Below the pieces are notes generated by a model that ran no database searches, was not told where the DNA came from, and saw only the letters and a list, made by a program, of their open reading frames with translations. Shown here piece by piece: positions 56,604 through 64,000 of a stretch of DNA of 64,000 nucleotides (the first letter of the stretch is position 1; each line of letters starts with the position of its first letter). The DNA comes from an uncultured Bacteroidales bacterium (GTDB lineage: Bacteria > Bacteroidota > Bacteroidia > Bacteroidales > UBA10428): contig CAZYDI010000007.1 of NCBI GenBank assembly GCA_964646255.1, positions 3,330 through 67,329 of the forward strand, read 5' to 3'. The translations under genes and the position numbers were made by a program.

Positions 56604-59027
56604 TTAAAGCCTGATCACCAGTTTCTTGCCGTTGTATGTAATGGTTTTATCAAATGTATTTGTTCTTTCCGTTCCATTCCCTTTGTTTGGCGTTACCAAC
56701 ACTATATTGAATTTACGTTCGGCAGCCATTCCCGGAAATGAACCCTGGCGATCAGCTATTGTAAGGGTTTTGCTTTTTTCATTCCACATGAAACGAATGG
56801 TTGAATACAACCCCTTTTCGTAATTGTAGTTGTCGTTTTCATCTTCATACAGCGTAAATGAACCATCAGCACCTGCATAGACCCTTATTTCAAGGTCATC
56901 CCATTTTTTCTCAGTGGCATATTGAACCTTAGGCCCCATCGGAATTATTGCCCCGGCGCTTATATAGAGGGGGATAATATCAACAGGCACTTCTTTCTTT
57001 ACTTCCTGTCCTCCGCTGAACTTTTCACCGGTCCAGAAATCAGTCCAGTCGGTTCCTTTGGGCAGGTATACCGTTTTGCTTCTGACGCTGCTGAAATCTT
57101 CAACGCTCAATGTATCGTTTCCCCTGATGTGCGGTTTTGAATACATGGGATCAGTAACCGGACATACAAGGATTGATTTGCCAAACATATATTCATCATT
57201 AATGTCAAGGGCGTTCTTATCGCCGCTGAAATCCATCATCAGGGCCCGCATCATGGTCGACTGGTTTGCCGTTACATCCCATGAGGCAGAATATATATAT
57301 GGCAACAGCATATACCGGAGGTGTATATATTTCTCAATGGCATCAAATATTTTGTCACCTCTTTCTCCAAACTGGTAAATTTCCCTTGGTGCATCGGTGC
57401 CGTGCGAACGCATCATGGGACAGAACGTTCCAAACTGCATCCAGCGTGCATATAATTCACGGTAATCAGCATTTTTTAAAGGATTTTTGTAATCCCATAG
57501 AAAAAAGCCACCAATATCGCTGTTCCAATGGGGTATTCCGCAAAGTGAGAAATTTAAACCTGCCGAGATCTGGTTTCTTAGCGCCTTCCAGGATGACACC
57601 ACATCGCCCGACCATGTATTGGCTCCATATCGCTGCTGACCAGCAAATGCTGATCGTGTAAGGATAAACACACGTTTATCGGATGTTGCTTCGCGCTGGT
57701 GCTGATAAACGCCTCCAACGGTCATGAGTGGAAAAGCATTACGTACTTTGCGAAATGAACCCAGCCATGTTTTATTGTTAAAATCTGAATCCTTGAATTG
57801 CATATGGTCGGGTTCCGACGAATCCATCCACCAGCCATCCATGCCCAATGAGAAAATTCCATTGTTTAAGTATTTCCAGTAAATGTTACGGGCTTCCGGA
57901 TTGAACGGATCATATACCCTTACACCCGACGGATAATCCGGGTTGGGGGGCCACTTTTCGGATCCTGATTCGGGCCAGGTTTTAAAATCCATGAGTGCAC
58001 CAATTTTCTCCAGCTCACGGTATTGTTTCGTCATCGGTCCAAAAGAATTCCAGATGGATATGGTGATATGCGCATTCATGCTGTGCACATCATTCACCAT
58101 TTTTTGGGGATTATAAAAATCAACATTCAGGAATTCCATGGCATTCCACAGGTAATTGTTGCCCCAGTATTGCCAGTCCTGTATAATGCCATCCAACGGT
58201 ACGCCCAGTTCACGATATTTTTTTACCACTGCCGTAAGCTCATCCTGGCTTTTATAGCGTTCCCTGCTTTGCCAATAACCATAAGTCCACAAAGGAAACA
58301 TCGGCGCCTGTCCGGTGAGTTCGCGCATACAAGCGGTAACACCATCGGCACTGCCGCCTGCCATGAAATAATAGTCAATGCCATCCGCAACCTCCGAAGT
58401 AAATGTTGTGCCTTCCGGACTGTCCTCAAAGATGGTAGGTGAATAGTTATCCCAGAACAAACCGTAACCCTTTACCGACTGAAAAAAGGGAATGTAATCA
58501 TCGGTGTTTCCCTGCACCATCCTCAGCTGCAGATTCCGCTGTACCATTTTTCCCTGTTGCTGTTGTCCAAGGCCGTATATTGCTTCATCTTTATCCAGCA
58601 TAAAAGCCTGTGAAACGGAATATGTTTTATTACCGTTATCATCAAATTCCCTGAATCCGCTTCCGCCTTCTTTTTCCATTAATAATTCGCGTGAATCAGG
58701 ACTTTGGAATGAAATCGCGCCGGTTTTCAGATTCAGCAAAACCAGTAATTCCTTACTTTTCAGCAGGGCATAATCGCCCTGTTGTTTTACACTGTAAACC
58801 ACTTGCTGAGGGCTTGTTATCACCGACAAGCTTTCTTTGGCAAAAGAGCGTCCCATGGGCCATTTCATGACCCTTACCGTAGATGGAGTGCAAAACTGAA
58901 TTTCTACATTTACAGCGTTGATCACTGATTTCAGGCCGTGCCCGGTTTTTTCAAAGGATTGCGACCGGGATTCCACAATGGTCATAGCCATAATAATTAA
59001 ACCGAAAAGTACTTTTTTCATCAGCAT
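56604..59027 (-). CDS. GH31 alpha-glycosidase (alpha-xylosidase/alpha-glucosidase type)
   Basis: Signal MLMKKVLFGLIIMAMTIVESRSQ. Nucleophile region GMDGWWMDSSEP. ANTWSGDVVSSWKAL (GH31 WxGD motif). C-terminal beta-sandwich. Confidence 0.85.
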   Translation of the reverse strand: MLMKKVLFGLIIMAMTIVESRSQSFEKTGHGLKSVINAVNVEIQFCTPSTVRVMKWPMGRSFAKESLSVITSPQQVVYSVKQQGDYALLKSKELLVLLNLKTGAISFQSPDSRELLMEKEGGSGFREFDDNGNKTYSVSQAFMLDKDEAIYGLGQQQQGKMVQRNLQLRMVQGNTDDYIPFFQSVKGYGLFWDNYSPTIFEDSPEGTTFTSEVADGIDYYFMAGGSADGVTACMRELTGQAPMFPLWTYGYWQSRERYKSQDELTAVVKKYRELGVPLDGIIQDWQYWGNNYLWNAMEFLNVDFYNPQKMVNDVHSMNAHITISIWNSFGPMTKQYRELEKIGALMDFKTWPESGSEKWPPNPDYPSGVRVYDPFNPEARNIYWKYLNNGIFSLGMDGWWMDSSEPDHMQFKDSDFNNKTWLGSFRKVRNAFPLMTVGGVYQHQREATSDKRVFILTRSAFAGQQRYGANTWSGDVVSSWKALRNQISAGLNFSLCGIPHWNSDIGGFFLWDYKNPLKNADYRELYARWMQFGTFCPMMRSHGTDAPREIYQFGERGDKIFDAIEKYIHLRYMLLPYIYSASWDVTANQSTMMRALMMDFSGDKNALDINDEYMFGKSILVCPVTDPMYSKPHIRGNDTLSVEDFSSVRSKTVYLPKGTDWTDFWTGEKFSGGQEVKKEVPVDIIPLYISAGAIIPMGPKVQYATEKKWDDLEIRVYAGADGSFTLYEDENDNYNYEKGLYSTIRFMWNEKSKTLTIADRQGSFPGMAAERKFNIVLVTPNKGNGTERTNTFDKTITYNGKKLVIRL

Positions 59028-59089
59028 AAGTCTATAAGGATTATCATTAATGTCCGGCAATTACAAAGCCGGGCGCACTAAATAAACAA

Positions 59090-61495
59090 TCATCTGGCCT
59101 CTTCAAAGGAAAACTTATCCAGGTTCAAACCCGGGTTATCCATGACAATCTTTAATTCATGCTTACCCGAAGATAATGATATTTCCCTGTTTATTGTTTT
59201 CCAGTTCTGGTAGCCAAAAGTATTGGGAACCTCAATAATTCCGGTTATATCGGTGCCGTCAAGTTCTACGTGAAACTTTACATCTTCCACATTGGTGGCG
59301 GTGTAAAAAGTGGCATTATATACAGCCGACTTTTTTATATTCACGGTATAGGCCAGCCATTCTCCTTTTTTGGTCCACCCGATATTAAACAATCCCAGTG
59401 GTGATTTTTCAATATCAACCGGTTCATTGGGCCGGTATGCGCCTCCCTCGTTGAATTCATCGGAATCGGAATAGGCATCTTCCTGGCAACCTTTATCAAA
59501 ATCTTCCGCTTCAATTGTTCCCGGTAAACTGTGGATTTTGAAGGGTTCTTGATTTAATTCACACACTTCCATAAGATTCCAGCCAAACGGTGCGCTAATG
59601 ATAAGTTCTGCCTTGCTTTTTTCGGCCGGTGGCGTTGTTAATGCCAAAAACAATGACGGGAATTGAAGGCTGGAAATTTTGTAAAGGCCTAGATACGAAT
59701 GTTCAATTTTCCAGCGCTGGCTTTCTTTTCCTGAAAAATCCTCAATAACGGGTATTGGGTTTTCATCGCCTGCGCCCGAACAAGTAAGAACCTTTGAATA
59801 ATTTTCACGGTTGCGGATGATATACACGCCTTTGCCCGATGGCTCGAATTTCCATTGATTGGCCATATCCTTACGTTTGCCTGACATGGTCAATCCGGAG
59901 CCCAGCATTAAATTTCCGGTATTTTCGCCGGGGACAAGGTAATAGTGGGCAGAGGACTGTACTTCGGCATATTGATCAAGATCGGGGATTTTGTCTTTAA
60001 AACTAAGCTTTATTACATAAGCAGGCTCTTCAAATGTGCGCTCCGGCAAGTCAATGATCAGTCCGGTTTTTTCATGTTTAAAGGTCAGCGGCAGGTATTT
60101 TCCTGCTTCACCGGCAATAAGTTCAACCGATTGAAGGTTTTCGAGGTTGATATGGTCCGGTGAAAGTGATGTAAGCGTGACAGTTTTCTGATCCTTTTCC
60201 CATCCCATAAGGATTGCAAAGAGGGTTGAAGCGTCTTTTGAACGGGTAAACCGGATATCTTTTGCCGTACCTTCTTTGGGCGCTCCCATTACACCATGAG
60301 CAGCCCCCATGGGCGTAGGGCCTTCACCGTATTTTTCCCAGGCACGGGTTGAATAGATAGCTTCACCATATTTTTTGAGCCATGTTCCAATGGTCTGCAA
60401 CAGGTCTTTTTGTTCTTCAGGAATGGTTCCGTCAGGCATAGGGGAAATATTCAGCAACAGGTTGCCATTTTTGCTGATACGGTCAATAAATCCATGCATC
60501 ACCTGTTTTTTGGAGTAATAGCCTATTCCTTCGGTATAGCTCCAGCTCGATGAACTTATGGCATCATCCGTAAGCCAGTAGTAATCGGTAATTCCGGAAG
60601 GCCCCCCGCGCTCGTAATCGAGAACGGCACATTTGGTATTTAACCCATCCTTATAGGTAGCAACCACTTCCTTATCCCATTCGGCAGCCTTATTGTAATA
60701 GTATGCCAAAAACTGCAGCAGAACGGGCTGGGATATGCGGTGAAGATTGAAATCCTGCCAGATGATGTCAGGCTTGTAAAAATCGATGATTTCCTTGTGT
60801 TTACTGAGCCAGTATGCTTCGTTTTTTTCGGTTCCCTGCTGGCCGTATAGTTTCTGCAGTTCAGGATCATCAGTTGGAGGAACGGCATCATAAAATCCGG
60901 TTATGTTATAGGCATGATGCATGGAAAGAATGACTTTCATATCTTTTTTCCGGATAGCCTCAGCGAACATTTTCACCAGATCGAGTTTTGGTCCCATGTC
61001 TTTGGCATTCCAGGGATTCACCTTACTGGCCCACATCGAAAATCCGTCGTGATGTTCAGCCACCGCTCCTGCAAACCTTGCTCCCGCATCGGCAAAAAGT
61101 TGTGCCCATTCTTCAGGGTCAAAATTTCCGCCCTGCGATTTTAGTTTGGGTGCAAACTGAACAAAATTGCCCTGCTTGTCCCTGGCACCGGTAATGAAAT
61201 TATGGTATGGCCAGACTTCCGGATCGCCATAAACCTCCCGGTGATGGCGGTTTTCAGCTGAGCCCTTGATGTACATCGATCGGGGATACCATTCGTTTGC
61301 GTACATCGGAACACTGTAAACACCCCAATGGAAATATATTCCAAATTTTGCATCCATGAACCATTCAGGTGCCGGATCAGCCTTTTCAAGGGACTCAAGC
61401 GTTGGTTCAAATTTTTGATGCCGTGAATGCTGTGATGTACATGCCATCAGCAATGCAATCACCATAATCAGAGCAAAAAACGGTGCTTTCTTCAT
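59090..61495 (-). CDS. GH29 alpha-L-fucosidase lipoprotein with an internal QxW-type (ricin-B-like, tentative) module and a C-terminal CBM6-like module
   Basis: Signal MKKAPFFALIMVIALLMACTS. GH29 PEWFMDAKFGIYFHWGVYSVP. ANQWKFE and QRWKIE motifs. C-terminal IEAEDFD...GGAYR...GEWLAYTVNI, typical of CBM6/35. Confidence 0.85.
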   Translation of the reverse strand: MKKAPFFALIMVIALLMACTSQHSRHQKFEPTLESLEKADPAPEWFMDAKFGIYFHWGVYSVPMYANEWYPRSMYIKGSAENRHHREVYGDPEVWPYHNFITGARDKQGNFVQFAPKLKSQGGNFDPEEWAQLFADAGARFAGAVAEHHDGFSMWASKVNPWNAKDMGPKLDLVKMFAEAIRKKDMKVILSMHHAYNITGFYDAVPPTDDPELQKLYGQQGTEKNEAYWLSKHKEIIDFYKPDIIWQDFNLHRISQPVLLQFLAYYYNKAAEWDKEVVATYKDGLNTKCAVLDYERGGPSGITDYYWLTDDAISSSSWSYTEGIGYYSKKQVMHGFIDRISKNGNLLLNISPMPDGTIPEEQKDLLQTIGTWLKKYGEAIYSTRAWEKYGEGPTPMGAAHGVMGAPKEGTAKDIRFTRSKDASTLFAILMGWEKDQKTVTLTSLSPDHINLENLQSVELIAGEAGKYLPLTFKHEKTGLIIDLPERTFEEPAYVIKLSFKDKIPDLDQYAEVQSSAHYYLVPGENTGNLMLGSGLTMSGKRKDMANQWKFEPSGKGVYIIRNRENYSKVLTCSGAGDENPIPVIEDFSGKESQRWKIEHSYLGLYKISSLQFPSLFLALTTPPAEKSKAELIISAPFGWNLMEVCELNQEPFKIHSLPGTIEAEDFDKGCQEDAYSDSDEFNEGGAYRPNEPVDIEKSPLGLFNIGWTKKGEWLAYTVNIKKSAVYNATFYTATNVEDVKFHVELDGTDITGIIEVPNTFGYQNWKTINREISLSSGKHELKIVMDNPGLNLDKFSFEEAR

Positions 61496-61509
61496 GTTTT
61501 ATGGATGTT

Positions 61510-63735
61510 TTATGGATTTGACAGTTGTCTGAATAATTCCGGATCAACCTCTTCCAATCCGGTAATGCTGTATAAATGATTGGCAGTAACCCAGGGCAGC
61601 CAGAATCTGTGGCCACCAACCCCGCGGCCCGGACCGCCGGGACCCATACGCCAATGTTCCTGTTGCCAGCCAATACCTTTTAAATCATACAGGCGTCCCG
61701 GAAGGGAAACCATGGCTTTTGTGTTGTGCAGCAGTATGCGGGCTACATCCAGGTAGTGCGGGTCGTTGGTATATTTATATAACCTTGCATAAGAAGAGGC
61801 CGACCAGTCAAGGTATTCGTCAACACCTCCGGGATGTAGTGCGGTAATGCCCTGAAGTCCGATTGTAGGCACACCTTTTTTCCAATGTAGCGTTGAGTCG
61901 TGAGCATCTGCAGGCATGGGAACATTCCATATCCACATCCAGCTCTCCGTAAAATCAGCGGCAGCTTGTGCACGATCCAGCCATTTTTTATCGCCTGTAA
62001 ATTCATAGAGACTTAAAAATGCTTCCAGGCTTAACATGCCGGCTTCTTTGTCGGTAATATTAGGGTTGTCGCTAGCACCTCCTATGAAAAGCCCTCTTTT
62101 TCCCCAGTTTTCCCAAACAAATTCAGCAGCACGTATGGCAGCCTGCTGGTATTTCCGGTCACCGGTTTCTTCGGTCATCAGTACCAGTAAGGGTACCGGA
62201 GCATAGCTTGTTGTCCCGGTGGGTTCGGCCACCTCATCACTGCCGGCTACCCAACGGCGTGGGAAGGAGCCGTCATCTCTTTGCTGTAACAATAACCAAT
62301 CGACATAATTCTTAACCCAGCCGAACCATTCGGGATGTTCATAACCCCTGCTGCGTTCACGCCGGTAGGCCCTCATCAACACCCGCATATCCTCGGTTGC
62401 ATTCCGCAACCATGGCGCTACCCATACATGATCCCAGGGTTTGCCTGTTGCAAAGTCATAACCGGTTCCCTGCAGCGGTACTTCGGGAAGTGCTTTGATC
62501 AGCGATGAAATCACGGCCAATGCTGTTTGACGCATATAACTGCCCCGTTCTGAAGTGTCGCGCTCACTTTCGCGCAATAACTGATCGGCACATTCGATGG
62601 CTTTGCCCACAAATCCCATAGCTGTCATAGTCCAGTTCCACTGACGATGCATTGCCGTATCCATGGGGGAAATGACAAATGGAATGCCGGTCCTTCCCTC
62701 AATGGTCACAGCCTGTGAAACCAGGTGATCTGTCAGGACACGCCGCATTTGTTCTACATCAATCGGGTAAACCTCCGGACTGAGCGTGTTCCATGCCCAG
62801 CGCCATGATTTCTTAGTCACATCGCCAAACGACTCATTCCGGTCAAAACGGAAACACACCTGATAGGTATGGTTAATTCCTTCCTTAACCGGATGATAGC
62901 GCCTGATCCACCTTGGTGAGGCATTCACTTTATTGGTTCGCGGATATACATTGGCAGTACCCGGAAAAGTGTATCCGAATGAAACAGGTTCATGATCGTT
63001 TTGCCATGCCCCCAAAGCACCGAATTCGTATACTGCATCGGTCATTGTGTCTTTTACCAGCCGGGTTTCATCAACGGTTGTTGTGCCTTTTGGCGAAGGA
63101 TTCAACATGGCAATATGGGTTCCGTTGTTGAAGGCAAGGGCAAAAAGTGGTGCAGGAAGGATGTCTTCGCGGAACAAAAATTTGCGCGCTGTATAGTTTG
63201 CCGTACCGCCGGGTGATAGCTCTCCGTCAAATGTCGGATCACCGTAAATAGCACCGGGAGCCAGACAATTAATATCAGGCCAGGTCACCGATGGATCAGC
63301 CGTCAAAATAACAGAAGAGTTAAATCCACCGTCTGTGGTACCCTTAATTTCAATTTTTCTGCTTACTGTGAGGACAGGGCCTTTCAGACTCCAGGAATCC
63401 TTCACATATAAAACCACCGGTCCGCTTTTTATGGTCGACAATGCGGTAACACCACCGGCAGTTTTGGTAATTTTGTCATACCCGGTTAAGATAGATTGAA
63501 TTTCCTCCTGTGGGCTGAGCAATTCTATATTTACCGGTTTGGATTGAAATATCAGCGGCGTTGGTGCCCCGGTAATTTCAATTCCCCACAGTTCTTTGGC
63601 TTTAACAAAAGATACATTCTCTCCGTGTTCAAGCTTTCCTAAATTTATCCTGTTCTGTTGGCCCATGGCAACAGAGGAACACAGGTATAATAAAATGATT
63701 ACAAACCTGAAATTCATCGCATAATCCTCCTTCAC
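61510..63735 (-). CDS. Secreted protein of unknown family (beta-rich N-half plus helix-repeat C-half); candidate glycan-active enzyme
   Basis: Long ORF in line with the glycosidase operon, 14 nt upstream of the GH29 start. Signal MNFRFVIILLYLCSSVAMGQ (ATG at 63717 or 63735). C-terminal helix-repeat motifs QQRDDGSFPRRW and WLDRAQAAADFTESWMW. No family motif I can name. Confidence 0.6.
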   Translation of the reverse strand: MKEDYAMNFRFVIILLYLCSSVAMGQQNRINLGKLEHGENVSFVKAKELWGIEITGAPTPLIFQSKPVNIELLSPQEEIQSILTGYDKITKTAGGVTALSTIKSGPVVLYVKDSWSLKGPVLTVSRKIEIKGTTDGGFNSSVILTADPSVTWPDINCLAPGAIYGDPTFDGELSPGGTANYTARKFLFREDILPAPLFALAFNNGTHIAMLNPSPKGTTTVDETRLVKDTMTDAVYEFGALGAWQNDHEPVSFGYTFPGTANVYPRTNKVNASPRWIRRYHPVKEGINHTYQVCFRFDRNESFGDVTKKSWRWAWNTLSPEVYPIDVEQMRRVLTDHLVSQAVTIEGRTGIPFVISPMDTAMHRQWNWTMTAMGFVGKAIECADQLLRESERDTSERGSYMRQTALAVISSLIKALPEVPLQGTGYDFATGKPWDHVWVAPWLRNATEDMRVLMRAYRRERSRGYEHPEWFGWVKNYVDWLLLQQRDDGSFPRRWVAGSDEVAEPTGTTSYAPVPLLVLMTEETGDRKYQQAAIRAAEFVWENWGKRGLFIGGASDNPNITDKEAGMLSLEAFLSLYEFTGDKKWLDRAQAAADFTESWMWIWNVPMPADAHDSTLHWKKGVPTIGLQGITALHPGGVDEYLDWSASSYARLYKYTNDPHYLDVARILLHNTKAMVSLPGRLYDLKGIGWQQEHWRMGPGGPGRGVGGHRFWLPWVTANHLYSITGLEEVDPELFRQLSNP

Positions 63736-63771
63736 TGGTTAAGTTAATAACTGATGTCAAACAGAATGTTT

Positions 63772-64000
63772 CTATGACACAACAACGCCTTTTTTAAGAA
63801 TCATATTTGCATACAATGCTGATTCACCGGTTGCAATAACCGCATAGGCTTTTTTTGCCCTTTCGTAAAACGCAAATTTCTCAATGTATTCAAAGTCGCT
63901 AAAAGGCTCTTTACTGCCGATGATAATGTTCCGGTACGATTCCCATATTACCGGTTTATATGGATCTCCGGGCATAACGGCCATTAATCCCACAGGATTT
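63772..64000 (-). CDS. 3' end of an unidentified gene that continues beyond the window
   Basis: The minus-strand frame is open from 64000 down to the stop at 63772 (...NPVGLMAVMPGDPYKPVIWESYRNIIIGSKEPF...KKGVVVS). The listed start at 63993 is a GTG inside an open frame. Confidence 0.5.
   Translation of the reverse strand, partial: NPVGLMAVMPGDPYKPVIWESYRNIIIGSKEPFSDFEYIEKFAFYERAKKAYAVIATGESALYANMILKKGVVVS

Noticed and set aside
1-64000. Whole-window scan by eye for CRISPR arrays, rRNA/tRNA genes, RNase P/tmRNA-like motifs, transposases, integrases, phage genes, restriction-modification, toxin-antitoxin pairs and known defence-system domains.
   Set aside because: I found no regularly spaced direct repeats and no tRNA T-arm-like GGTTCGAATCC motifs in intergenic DNA. 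No ORF has DDE, tyrosine-recombinase, reverse-transcriptase, nuclease-helicase or methyltransferase signatures apart from the housekeeping RlmB. A proper tRNAscan, Infernal or DefenseFinder run could still overturn this.

Overview
The window holds about 50 genes and looks like a Bacteroidota (Bacteroidia-type) chromosome. Evidence for that: an HTCS hybrid regulator, an NrtR/Nudix-type AraR, many lipoprotein or signal-peptide glycosidases, TAnnTTTG-type -7 boxes, and almost no Shine-Dalgarno sites.

Gene content, left to right:
(1) 1-11250: arabinan/L-arabinose locus. HTCS (3' part), GH51, GH43 endo-arabinanase, araR, an SSS transporter, araB, araD, araA.
(2) A small 2x[4Fe-4S] protein, convergent with a secreted coiled-coil protein.
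(3) A GH9-like enzyme, a type-B carboxylesterase and a GH3.
(4) A membrane protein with a Cys/His knuckle, a lipoprotein serpin, a small lipoprotein and an SDR.
(5) galK-galM-MFS.
(6) asnA and asnB, with a divergent Lrp/AsnC regulator.
(7) A tightly packed redox operon (PanE-like reductase, C_GCAxxG_C_C protein, FMN reductase, Fe-ADH) ending in a soluble PAS hybrid kinase, followed by an orphan TonB-receptor-like outer-membrane protein.
(8) A housekeeping block: rlmB, GWxTD, ABC-F, SpoIID/LytB, lpxB, surE, pheT, macro domain, WD40, mgsA, flavodoxin-like, aminotransferase.
(9) 52468-64000: a minus-strand hemicellulose-debranching operon with GH43-CBM32, GH67, GH31, GH29-CBM, a 741-aa protein of unknown family and a partial gene.

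I saw no rRNA, tRNA, CRISPR array, transposase, integrase, phage genes or recognisable defence genes. I did not find a clear-cut new system.

The best candidates for follow-up are:
- the unassigned 741-aa secreted protein inside the glycosidase operon;
- the serpin neighbourhood, which has an unusual SD-driven membrane protein and a 17-bp inverted repeat;
- the signal-peptide WD40 propeller wedged between its neighbours in the pheT-macro-mgsA operon;
- the redox operon fused to a PAS hybrid kinase;
- a candidate AraR operator.

All functional calls rest on motif and architecture recognition by eye. No database search was run.
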